Shown in pieces: positions 13,449 to 25,429 of a stretch of DNA of 36,335 nucleotides (the first letter of the stretch is position 1; each line of letters starts with the position of its first letter). This DNA is from Conidiobolus incongruus B7586 (Eukaryota). Below the pieces are notes generated by a model. The model searched no databases. It was not told where the DNA came from and worked only from the letters and a program-made list of their open reading frames with translations. Location of the stretch: assembly GCA_000697335.1 (NCBI GenBank), contig JNEM01011310.1:1-36335 (forward strand). The letters are read 5' to 3'. The position numbers and the translations under genes were made by a program.

Positions 13449-15469
13449 CTATGCACCATATTTAAGGTAATATTGCAATACTTTTGGATGTGCTTGTACT
13501 TTTGAGGGATCAAAATTAAGTAACTGCAAACCGTCCACGGCAGTACATCTACTGAGTGCGACATAAGCTTGACCTAATATTTAATTAATACCCGATGTAA
13601 GATAGAGAAATTGAAGATAATACCTTTTTCAAAAATTCTAGCCAAATCAATTTTTACCTTTTCAAGAGTCAGACCTTGAGCTTTATGAATGGAGATAGAC
13701 CAAGCTAAACCCAGTGGAACTTGAATGCGCATGGCGAGAGTTTCACCATTATTATCCCAAACAATTTCTTCAGGAGTGATTACTTGGTCGTATCCGTTAA
13801 TAAACTTTACACGAGGATACATACGATTAGCATCGAATAGATCTTTGTTTTTCTTATCACTTAGAGAAAGAGGACTTGGATATTCAAATCCCACAACTTT
13901 ACCTAGAAGACCATTCACTAAACTTGAACCAGAACTAAGATTTTTGAGTAACATCACTTGAGACCCAACTTTGAGATCCAGCTGTTCAGGAAGTCTACAT
14001 ACATTGTTGAGTTGTTTTTTAAATATTTCTTCTCCAGTGTCATAGGCTATATACCTATATATATCTCCTGTTAATTGCGCAAGTTTTGTTGAGTTGAAGG
14101 CGTCAACTTCATTTCTAGTGGAGAACAATTGAGTTGGTTCAATTCCATCTTCCATGTTTAAAGGTCTACTTAAAGTTTGGAATAAGTCCAATGAAGCTTG
14201 TGTAATTATTCCCAAGCGAACTTCATTTAAAATCCTTGATAACTCTATATAAAAGCTAATTAGTATTAACGAATTAAATATTAATACTAGTATTACCAGG
14301 ATCTTTTTGACGGTAGATCTTTTTCAATATTATCGTTTCCTGAATACATCTGTCCCAAGTTTGTGCTTCGAAAGCAAATTTTATATTGGCGTCTTTTTGA
14401 ACTGGTGGAAGCTGGAAGAAATCTCCTGATATAACCAACTAGTAATAAAAATCAAATTTAATTTCAAATTAACTAAAAAATATAAAATTATTACTTGAAT
14501 ACCACCAAAAGGTTGATTATTTCTTCGAACCACTCTGGCTATGTACTCTAATTTATCAAATAAAGAAGCATCCATCATGGATACTATAAATAAATTTTAA
14601 TACGATATTAAATAGTTAAAATAATAAAAATATTTACTTTCATCAATAATTAACAATTGAACATCTTCCCATCTCTTTCTCTTGTGCTTATTTTTCATAA
14701 TAGCTTCAGCCAACTTTTCAGCAGTATTGGTACCAAGACCAATTCCTGCAAAACTATGAATAGTAGAGCCACCTAAATGAAAAGCTGCTAGGCCCGAAGT
14801 AGCTGTTACAGCTATATAACTGGTGCCAGCATCATAATAAAGCTTGTTGGTTCTGCCAGTATATTGCACGCTTTGGGCAATATCAATAATTTTTTTGATA
14901 ATTAAAGATTTACCAGTACCTAAAACAATATTTAATAAATCAAAGTTCTACATAAGGGACTGTTATTATTATATTGAAAATAACTCACCTGCAGAACCGG
15001 TAAAGAAAACATTTTTCTTATGAGCAAAAATGAAATCAATAACTCCCTGTTGTTCTGGGGAAAGTTCCCTCGTGACACTTGATCTATAATTCAAATCATC
15101 TTTGCTGAAGTGTGAATTGATTTCGATAGGACTGTTTCTATTGATGCTTTTGGAAAATGGTTGGTTTTGCTTATCTACATTTAAAAATCTCTCTGAGAAT
15201 GACGAATTTCTCATAAAAGTTTGTGTTTGAGTTTGAATTCTGGAACTAAATGTAGGCGAATTATGTTTAACAGAGTCAAAAGCAGCTTGAGGATCTATTT
15301 TTGTTTTACGCTTTTGACTTTCAATAAATAAGCTGTTAACATTTTTTGGAGTGGACATAGATTTAAAAAATTGTGAGATTTTAGGCTGAGCGTCATTATT
15401 ATCTTTTTTAATAGATTTAGATTTAGATTTAGAATTTTTAGAATTTACAAATACTCCTGACCCAAACAT
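13449..15469 (-). CDS. PIF1: PIF1-family 5'-3' DNA helicase (Pif1/Rrm3/Pfh1-like), about 579 aa, 6 exons
   Basis: Exons 15469-14989, 14919-14638, 14583-14495, 14438-14297, 14244-13624, 13573-13449; introns GT-AG. Motifs [29 protein letters not shown], Pif1 signature [59 protein letters not shown]. Confidence 0.96.
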
Positions 15470-15619
15470 ATTTTAAAAAATTTAAATAATTAATCAAAAT
15501 AAAAAAAATAATAGGTAAAGAAGAGATATTTATTCTTTTTGATTTTTATATTAGAGTTCATTCTACACAAATTAATCAAATTAATTACTTTATTGGGAAA
15601 CCAGAATTGTCATGTAAAA

Positions 15620-15687
15620 TTTCGTGATGGCCAATCAAATGTCCTGACAATACAAAATATTGATTGGATATTACAAATCATTTCGTG
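15620..15687 (-). promoter_or_regulatory. Two SCB-like elements (CACGAAA) and a pair of CCAAT boxes upstream of PIF1
   Basis: TTTCGTG at 15620-15626 and 15681-15687 (CACGAAA on the gene strand), flanking CCAATCA (15631) and TGATTGG (15661), 150-220 bp upstream of the ATG. Confidence 0.5.
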
Positions 15688-15908
15688 TTTTATAAAATGA
15701 TTATTAATACATAAACAAAAATTTGTTTGGTACATGTAATATCAAACAAAAACACGGTATAATAATATGTAAAAAAAACTATCTTCATTAATTTATTATT
15801 TATAAATATCATCTAACGCTTTGTAAAAAATTATAATTAAATATCATTATTAATCAGTTGAATTATCCAATCATATAATATGAATTAACATTTATTAAAT
15901 ATAAAAAA

Positions 15909-17659
15909 TTAAACAGAATTAATATTTTTTAAATCACATTGGTTATCTTTAGGGAAATAAATTAAGAAATCGCCACTCTTACCAAAAGATCCAGGATTGG
16001 CATACAAACAGTAATCAGTAGGGATACTGTAAGCTGTGTTAGAATCAGGTAAAATTAAAATATCTGGTAGATAGTCTAATCTTAAGCTGTGATCGAATTG
16101 AGGATGAATAGGCTGGCAATTAATGGGAATTGGTGACAGATGTCCTCCTTGAACAATAGTCTTCAACAAATTCATCTGTGAAAATTGATTGATATTGGTT
16201 GAATCCTTGTTGAGTTGAATGAGTTGATTTCGATGAATTTGCTGGAATAAGTTCTGTCGATATATATTTAACTCCCTCTTACAATATAGTACCTTAGTTG
16301 GATTAGTGGTAAAATGCACGTTTCTTAATATTTCTTTAAGTGGCTTGACCAAATAATTTAGTAGGGGAGTTTGTGGAATTGCAGAACTGATATTAAGGTC
16401 GTTAGGTCCTGGAATGAAAATAAAGTGGGACCAACTACACAATCTTGGGAATTTGAAAAGACACTGAGCCAATTTACTGAATCCTGTAACATAATTTGTA
16501 AAGCTCGCAGAATTGGAATTGATGGGGTTGGAAATAAAATTGCCACTCAGGATAAATGATAGAGGCACGGTTGGAAAATCTGATGTAGATTGATTAATCT
16601 TAGTTAGTAAAGCTTGGAAATCTTCCAAGGTCTTAGATTGATCTAAGAAAAAGTCGGAGATCATTATCATATAAACATCAGATGATTGCTCTTGAATTGT
16701 GTCAATTTGAGCTTGTGATAGAGGAAATGGTGGTTTGTTAGAAGGGTGGTAAGGATGACTAGGAGGAAGCGATTGTGGCTTAGTAAATTCGTAAGAAGGA
16801 AACTCAATTCTTTCAACTGAAAAGACTTTGTCTGGATCCAATTGACCGTGAATTAATACCATGCAATGATCTGTTAATAAATCCGTAGTAGATTCGCATT
16901 TTTCAAAAGATAGAGGGATATAACCGTCAGGATCTTGAAGATGAATAGTGTTATCAATGATTGTAAGCATTCCAAATAAAGTAAATTTGCCAGAAGTTCT
17001 ACCTAAGATTGATTTGGTGCTATTAAGGAATTGTGATCCTTGTCGACTCAGTCTTTTTGGGACATTGTTTTGGTTAAGGCGAGTATAGATAGAGTAATAT
17101 CTATCATGATACATCTGATACCTTGCTTCAGGGCCAGAAAGAAGTGATGTAGGTTTAAGATCCCTATAATTAAGTGAGTAAACAATCCATTTGGTTAAAT
17201 TAAGAATTTTACTTGATTAATTGTTTTTTCAGTGGATCATATGTTGCCTTAACCATATCAAAGGCATCAATAACTTTGAGTAAATTAGATACGTCAACTT
17301 GATCACCCCAACTTTCAGAAACAATCATCTCTCCTTCATTTCCTACCCCTAATAGAGTACCCAACTGTTTCTGCACTCTTTCAAGATCGTTTGGCTGAAT
17401 AATAATATTGCCATCTATTTAATCAAATATGCTAGTTAGAATTGAGATATTAAGACATATAAATAAAAATACCTAATAATTCCTTGCATTTTTGAGCCCA
17501 AATAATCAATTTGTTGGTTAAATCTGAATCAGAGTTTGATTGGTTAAAATATTGTATAATATAATTTACAGATTCTGAAGATAATAATAACTGATTTTGT
17601 TTAGTAAAAATTCTATGAATTAAACTAGTCGATATATGATAGTTGGGTTGTGAGCTCAT
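15909..17659 (-). CDS. DPB2: DNA polymerase epsilon subunit B (DPB2/POLE2), about 547 aa, 3 exons
   Basis: Exons 17659-17473, 17414-17213, 17163-15909; introns GT-AG and in frame. Motifs KVIDAFD, LFGMLT, HLQDPDG, ISDFFLD, FILSGNF, SHFIFIPGPND, FTTNP, QGGHLSP, DHSLRL..LPDILILPD, NPGSF are typical of the POLE2 inactive phosphoesterase fold. Confidence 0.93.
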
Positions 17660-17749
17660 ATTGTATTATTTTTATAATATTTAATTACACGATTTATAAT
17701 TTGATAAAAGTTATTAGATTTAATATATAAATTACATGTTTGTATTTCA

Positions 17750-17858
17750 ACGCGTGTTTGTGAATTAATTTTATTTTTTATTGAATATGGAAATAAAATT
17801 ATGGGATTATACTATTTTAAAATTTTATTGGATAAATCATAAACTCGATATTTTCGTG
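17750..17858 (-). promoter_or_regulatory. MCB (ACGCGT) and SCB (CACGAAAA) elements upstream of DPB2
   Basis: ACGCGT at 17750-17755 and TTTTCGTG at 17851-17858, about 90 and 190 bp upstream of the ATG, in CpG-poor DNA. Confidence 0.55.
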
Positions 17859-19299
17859 ATTTTTATTACTCTTTATGCGAATTTATATTGAATTTGATAA
17901 AATAGAGGTTAAATTAAAATAAGTGATATATATTTTAATAATTATTATATATAAATAATATGTTATGAGTTATATTTTTTATTAATATAACAATGATGTT
18001 TTTCAATTCAATAAAATTTAAAAAAAATAATTTTATTATAAGCGATTTTAATACATTGAAAATTAATAGTTTCTGTTTTAAAACTTTGACTATTATTTTT
18101 CAATATTCTTGAGTGGTATTATTGCTCATTCAGATTGTTAAATTGATTTATTACAAAAACTAATGAGTATAAAATTAATTTATTTCAATAATGAGGAATA
18201 TCTAGAGTATCATCAATGTAAAGATCTCCATAGACACATTAATGTTTATTTAATATGATAGGTCATTAATTGCAATATATAATATACTACATGATTATAT
18301 TAATATCGCTTCAATTACGAATCTATGAACTAAAGGATACAATAGTATAAGTATATCACTACAATCATTACAATATTGCTTTTTGAAATAATATAAATAC
18401 TCAAACCTTTTTAATTGATATATTAATACTCAAGTATTAAACATCATTTGACTCGTTCTTTGCATTGCTTTAATCATGATTCTAGTAAATCTTTTTTGTA
18501 AACATTTCGTTATTTAAGAGCAATTATATTTCCATTTAACAGCTTATTATAAAAGATTATTTTAATGTTAAAGTGTTTCTTAAATACTTGAGCACAGGAC
18601 TGTGTAATGATTCTTTATGATTGGATAATAATTCAATAAGCCACTCGTCATTCCATATATTAGGTGTACTAATTTCACTGTTTGATAAGATTGAGCCATT
18701 ATAATTGTTTGATACTTTATTAATGAAGTTTGTGTGTAAATTTTAAATTTTGGTTAATATTTAATATTTTGGGAAAATATTATCAAAAATCAAAATCGTT
18801 TTAGAATCGGTTCAAGTTTTAAAGGTACCTGAATTTTAGATACTATTAACAAATAAATCGTGTTTATTTATTGATATCCAATTACTTAAGTATAATTAAA
18901 GCTTTATAAATAATCCGTAATATTTAAACAACCAAGATTAATTAAATATTAAATATAATTGATAATCATTCCCTATTCAGTTAATATTATAATTTTTATA
19001 CTTAATTCTTTGTTATAATCATTTATTGATATTGATAGCTTGAAAATTATTCATTCTCATTCATAATGTTAATAAGAATTATGTTTTAAAAGATATATTT
19101 AATGGATTTAAAAGCAATTGAACGGAGATGCATTGTTACTTTTAAAATTCTGGACTTTTGGATCCTATTATAATAACGATACTATAATGTATATGGAAAT
19201 TTCGACTAATCAAACTAAAAGTGATCGATGTTATTTTCGAATGCCAACAAAGATTATATAAAGAATAATGAGTAGATTAATGAATTTCATAGTACTAAT

Positions 19300-20604
19300 A
19301 TGTTATTCAAAATGAAGTCAATTATCCATATTACTCTCCAATTATTGTCCTTTTCCTTATTGAAGACTTTTGCTCAAGATGTCAGCGCAACTGAAAGGGA
19401 TGCCAATAAAACAGTCGAAAAGAGATTAGTTTCACATTTGCAAGATTATATTAAAATTAAAACCGTTCATCCTTCTCCCGAATATCACAAATCTACCGAA
19501 TTTTTGGCCAGATATGCTAAAGATCTCGAAATTCCTCATCAAGTGATCGAGTGTGTAAAAGGCAAGCCTATTGTCATCATGACCCTCAAGGGCAAAGATC
19601 CAAATCTTCCATCAATCTTCCTCAACTCTCACACTGATGTTGTGCCTGTATCTTTGGTTCACTGGAAGTGGGATCCTTTCTCAGGTCAATTAGCTAAAGA
19701 CGACAAGGGTGAGGAGATCATCACTGGTAGAGGCACCCAAGATGCAAAGAGTATTGGAGTTGCCTATCTTGAAGTTATTCGCGCTTTAAGCAAAAAGGAA
19801 TTCGACCTTTTGAGAAACATTCATGTTGCCTTCACTCCAGATGAAGAAATCGGTGGTATTGATGGAATGAAGTGCTTTGTGGAATCTCAAGATTTTAAGA
19901 AATTAAATGTTGGATTCGCTTTGGACCAAGGTTCTGCTTCTCCTGTAGATAATTTCAAGGTATACTATGGTGAGAGAGTCAGTTGGTCCATCAATGTGAC
20001 TGCTGTTGGTGATACCGGCCATGCTAGTACTTTTGTCAAGAATTTGGCTTATGAAAAGTTCAACAAATTTTACAATCATTTGAGCGAATTAAGAAAAGAG
20101 GAGGAACAAAAGTTAGAATCTGGAAAAGTTGCTAATATCGGTGAAGTTACCACTATCAATTTGACTATGCTTAAAGCAGGAGAAGCTACCAACACCGTCC
20201 CCGATACCATTAATGCTTATTTTGATATTAGAGTTTCTCCCAGAACTGATTTGAACAAGTTTAAGAGAGAATTAAACAAATGGGCTAAAAATTCAGATGT
20301 GAGCTTTGAATTTGTTAAGGGAACTCCTCAGCACACTATTACCGAGTATCAAAACACCATCTGGTGGAAAGCTTTTGCCCATACTGCTAAAGTTCATAAT
20401 GTTACTTTGAGTACTGAAATCTTCGGTGGAGCAAGTGATTCTAGATATTTGAGAGAGAAGAATATTCCAGCACTTGGTATCAGTCCTTTCCGCTTGCATC
20501 CATATTTGGCTCACAACCATAATGAATACCTTAAAGTTGACACCCTTGTCAATGGTTTCCAATTTTATAAGACTTTGATCCAAAGATTGGCTAATGCAAA
20601 TTAA
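19300..20604 (+). CDS. ACY1: Aminoacylase-1-like M20A metallopeptidase with predicted signal peptide (copy 1), 434 aa, intronless
   Basis: LNSHTDVVPV, GRGTQDAKS, PDEEIGG, YGER, GHAS, FDIRV, SDSRYLRE, AHNHNEYL. Hydrophobic N-terminus MKSIIHITLQLLSFSLLKTFA (alternative start 19312). LDEG motif reads LDQG. Confidence 0.92.
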   Translation: MLFKMKSIIHITLQLLSFSLLKTFAQDVSATERDANKTVEKRLVSHLQDYIKIKTVHPSPEYHKSTEFLARYAKDLEIPHQVIECVKGKPIVIMTLKGKDPNLPSIFLNSHTDVVPVSLVHWKWDPFSGQLAKDDKGEEIITGRGTQDAKSIGVAYLEVIRALSKKEFDLLRNIHVAFTPDEEIGGIDGMKCFVESQDFKKLNVGFALDQGSASPVDNFKVYYGERVSWSINVTAVGDTGHASTFVKNLAYEKFNKFYNHLSELRKEEEQKLESGKVANIGEVTTINLTMLKAGEATNTVPDTINAYFDIRVSPRTDLNKFKRELNKWAKNSDVSFEFVKGTPQHTITEYQNTIWWKAFAHTAKVHNVTLSTEIFGGASDSRYLREKNIPALGISPFRLHPYLAHNHNEYLKVDTLVNGFQFYKTLIQRLANAN

Positions 20605-21756
20605 TTTTAAAATATATCTATAATTTTCTATTACAAACTGATTTTATATTAATTTTGTAATAATTTTTATATAAATATAGAAATAAGATGATTAATAGTT
20701 AGAAAAATGATATATATTTCTATGTTGCTATTGATAATTTGATACTTTGATATATTAACAAGAATGATAGATTGGGCTACTTTTAATTTGAACTAAAATC
20801 TATCAACAGATTAAATCCAATGTAGGTATTAAATTTCATATAAATAAATGGTAGAAAAAATCGATTAATTTTAGTCTGAAGTTAATATAAAATTATATCT
20901 CAGAGTTGAGCATTATCTTTTCAATTTCTTATATTTGAACTTAATATATTTCAAAGGATATCTGATTCTAATTTTATCAATTAGCATATATTTAATTATT
21001 GTTGATTTGGATACGAATGAAATTCATTGTTTCTAGAATTTGTAGTTAGTTTGAGATCAATATTCATGTAAATTATACTTGATCTATGATAATATTATAT
21101 TTTACAATAATTTATAATTAAAGATGACTGATAGAAAAGTACATGTAATATAATTTTGTAAATTATTTATTAATCCTCTGCTATTTAACATATCAGGACT
21201 GTATGTCTTAAAACTTACTGTTGAAACATTGTAGCAGAATATCCAGAAAAACACTCTTTATCTTTATCACTTTTGGGGTTTAAATAGTTGATTTAGTGAA
21301 TGATATAGGGCTTGATTAAAATCTAATAAAGAGAACAAAGAGAACAAAGAACATCCTTTAATTATAGATTGACAAAGACAACTTAAAATAGAAATAATAT
21401 AGTTTAACTATCAAATTTGGAAGGGTAGTTAATTTTGAAATACAACAATAATATTGATTAAAAATATAAATTCTTCATTTAATTTATATTTAAACAAAGT
21501 AAAATTGAGGACATTATTATATATATTATTTGCTACAATAAAGTATCTTTTAGATATACTGATTCCTTAGATAATTATATAATAAGAGAATCGAATATTA
21601 AACTAATTGTGTTATATATTTTTATTCCAATAGATACTTTATAATTTAAATCATGTGATTAAACAATTTATTATGCTTGTAAAGTTTTAAATCAAGATTT
21701 ACATATATCCAGAGAGCTTTATTAATCTTCTGGAATTTATTAGAAAACTATTCAAC

Positions 21757-23020
21757 ATGGTATCAATATTTAAAAGTCTCTTCCTTTTTGCATTATTAGA
21801 TGTATTCTAAATCACCATATTCTAAAATGTAAACCGATCTCAAGAATCCAATGATGCAAGTAAGAATGCTCTAATATCTAAGATGCAAGAATACCTCCGT
21901 ATTAAAACTCTTAATCCTACACTCGATTATACTAAATTGAATTATTGGCTATGATAAGTAATTGAATATTACATCTAAGATCTTTTAATGTGTGAAAGGA
22001 GTTCCCCTTGTCATCATGATCCTCGGGGGCAAAGATCCCAATCTCCCATCAATCTTCCTCAACTCTCACACTGAGGTTGTGTCCATATCTTTGGCTCGCT
22101 GGAAGTGGGATCCTTTCTTTGAAGAATCAACTAAAGATGAGCAAGGTAAACAAATCATCATATGTAGAGAAGCATAGGATTGTAAATCAATTGAAGCCTT
22201 TTACCTTGAAATGATCAGATCGTTGAAGAAGTCGAACTTCAGCCATTTGAGAACTATTCGTAAATCATTTTCTCCTGATGAAAAGAATGGCAGTTATCCT
22301 AAAATGAAATACCTTTTAAAATCAACGAGTTCAAGAAGATAGATACTGGATTCTCTTTGTACGAGAAAGGCATGAATCTTGATGACGGATATTTGGTATT
22401 TATTCGTGAGTGTTAGATGGTCCAATGATTTGATAGCTTTTGGTCATTTTGGCCACCCTAGTACATTTGTAAAGAATTTGGCTTATGATAAATTTGAAAA
22501 TATAATCACAAATTGAGTAAGTTTGAAATCCAGGAAGAAGGGAAATTAAGAAATGGAAATGTAGTTGACCTTGGAGATATTACTGTTATTAATCCAATCA
22601 CTTTGAAGACCGGACAAGCTGCAAACACTGTACCTGATACCATTAATACAGTTTTCGATATTAGAGTTTTAGCCAAGACTGATTTACACCAGTTGTATTT
22701 ATTCAAATGGGTTAATCAAACTAGAGTAAGTATTGTATTTACTGAGGGCACTTTCAACACCTCTATTACTGATTACCCAAATTCCATATGGTCAAAATCA
22801 TTTACTGAGTCAGCAAAAGAATGTAATATAATTTTATGTACTAAGATTTTCTCAGGAGGGATCAGTTATAGATATTTAAGAGAGAAAAATATACTATCAA
22901 TTTGAATGAGTCCTTTAGATTAAACCCAGGCTATGCTCACAATCATAATAAACGTCTCAGAATAAAAGTACTTTTTTATGAATTTAAGTTTTAAATTTTA
23001 TTTTCAAATTACCCAACTCT
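21757..23020 (+). pseudogene. ACY1: Aminoacylase-1 pseudogene (copy 2)
   Basis: Full-length collinear similarity to the flanking copies (MVSIFKSLFLFALLDVF*, LISKMQEYLRIKT, GKDPNLPSIFLNSHTEVV, ANTVPDTINTVFDIRV, RYLREKNI, AHNHN) broken by several stops and frameshifts. End coordinate approximate. Confidence 0.9.
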
Positions 23021-23049
23021 TCAATCTATATTAATATTCACAAATTGAA

Positions 23050-24050
23050 ATTATATAATAATTATATTTTTAATTAAGTCTATCATATGAAAACGCTCAA
23101 TTATTTTCATGACCTTCTGTTAAAGAGTTAATAAATTTGGTTTTAACTTTTTGAATTGAATTTTCAAATATTCTATCAACGTTATATATTGAATCAATGA
23201 TTAAGGATATTGATATTATAATATAAAAATTATCAAAGAATTTTTCAATTATTTTATTGCGTGTATGTATTTTATCATATAGTCCAGATAATTATTCAAG
23301 CTGAATCATTCATAAGCTAAATCAACATATATTCCTTATTGTATTATTTTTCATCAATATGAATTAAAATCTTGTTTAGTTAATGATATAATTTAAAAAC
23401 CTAAATATTAGGTGAGTAAAGGCATAAAATATTCGAATTTGTTATCGATTATTTCATGTATGAAATGAGCATATTAGGTAATCAATTTTTATTTCAATAT
23501 TTCAAATGTATTACAAATAATTAGGATTTGGATCATAGAGAGTTCTAATTAAAAATATATTGAGTGTTATACAATTGAATAAAAGTTAATAAATATAATA
23601 TTGAGTGTATACATTGCTGATGAATATATGCATTTTGATTATATATCTAAATAAATTTTATTAAATCCATGATACATTTAATTAACAAATTTTAAATGGT
23701 TCTTTTTTCATTTAAATGCTGATTGATATTAAACACAATTGAATATATATTTTTATATTATTCAAAAAAAATTATAATATAACTCTTTGAAATTTCAAAT
23801 TTTCCCTAAATTTGTGATATTTTAATATATCCAAGGTCATTATATAATGAAAAATTGAATTAACTCAATTTCAACCTTGTTTAGTGAATATATACATATT
23901 TGCAAGTAAAATAATTTTAAAGTGTGGTGGAAAGATTATGACTTATTATTTTGAATATTAAAATATTTGATAAAACCAAAATATAATATAGAATTTATTT
24001 ATAATATTAATATTATATGTTAACACAAAAAGTTTCAAATACAAATTATT
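23050..24050 (-). pseudogene. Possible decayed LRR/F-box-like gene relic
   Basis: Fragments FGFIKYFNIQ, IIFPPH, LNVSWI and HENN*AFSYD lie in plausible N-to-C order with many stops. Pattern recognition only; boundaries approximate. Confidence 0.3.
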
Positions 24051-24862
24051 GAATTAACTCTGTATATAAAAAATATGTTAAATTGGTATAATTTTAGATG
24101 AATATTTATTTATCACTTTATAATTTAAATAATAGGAATTTTTTGCAATTGAAAAAAAAATAAACATTTTAATATATAAAAAGTAAAAATAAATATATAT
24201 TATTAAATTATTAATTTCTTTTATTTTTAATAATTTTTTGCTATACTTTTAATAAAGATTTAACACCTAAAAAACAATTCTTTTTATTAAAGACTAAAAT
24301 TTAATGTTTTACAAACCAATTAAATTTTCCTGTAGAAATTTTCTTTCTTATAAGCTAGTTTTTTAATTACCTAAAACAATTATAATTATATAAGTTATAA
24401 TCTAAAGAATATATTAGATGTAGTAGTTTTTTCTAGTTATTTTTAATTAAAAAGTTTTTTATAATTTTAAATTTATGTATTTTATAATTATTATATAATT
24501 AATAAGTTTTATTAAATTATATTAAGAATACTAATTAAAAATAGTTTTATTTAAAAAAATATAAAGTTTATTATTAATTAATTTTCTTTTAAGAACTAAA
24601 TAAAGATAACATATATTATTATAATTTATTATAATAATTAACATTTGTTTATTAATAAAGTGTTTATTTAAAGGAATTTATAAAAAAGGTTGATTTAACT
24701 TAATTTAACACTTTGATTTATGTTTTAATAAAAGATTATACAAAAAAATTTAAAATTTATTAATTATAATAATTTACTATAAAAGCTTTAGTTTTTAATT
24801 ATATCTTAATAAGCTTTGTTTAATAATAACTACTCTAACTTTTTTTTAAGTTTTAGTTCAAT

Positions 24863-25420
24863 TATTAGGTATTTATTTTATATTTTTATTAATTAATTTT
24901 AATTTAAACTTTAATATATATAAAATACTTGTGTAACTAATATTAAAATATTTTAATAATTCTTTAATTAAAATAAAAAAGTACTTTTTAATATATTTTT
25001 TATTTTATTAACAATTAAAAAAAATAATAGTTAAAATTAATCTTTTAGATTTTAATAGGTTTTAAATAGTTTCTCTTTTAGTTTTAAAGTAATTTACCTA
25101 GTAATAAATTGTTGATTTAAATAATACTTTATTATTAAAAGCTGTTTATAAATTTTAAATGATTTTAGAGGGTTTATAGTTAAATTTTATTAATACTAAA
25201 ATAAAAAACTTTTGATAGTTATTATTTAATTTAAGTATAATTGAATTAAACAACTAATTTTAAAAAATTATTTTTTTAATCAAAAAAGTTATTATATATA
25301 TATAATTTAAAACTATTTATTTTCTTATTTGTTTTGTATATATTTTTTTATTTAAAACTAATAATATGTTTGAAAAATCAGAAATTAAAAAATTTCCCAT
25401 TTCTTCAATTCCATGGTAAT
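24863..25420 (+). repeat. Dispersed repeat copy A; inverted partner at 35778-36335; transition-hypermutated
   Basis: Manual alignment to the reverse complement of 35778-36335. For 25018-25257 vs 35941-36180: no gaps, 35 differences in 240 nt. The same C/G-stripped composition continues left to about 24200. Confidence 0.92.
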
Positions 25421-25429
25421 AATAATTTA

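Noticed and set aside
24200..24860. Hypermutated tract as the relic of a specific gene (e.g. a fungal transcription factor)
   Set aside because: Fragments such as NYISYNLKNIL are suggestive but too degraded to assign without a search.
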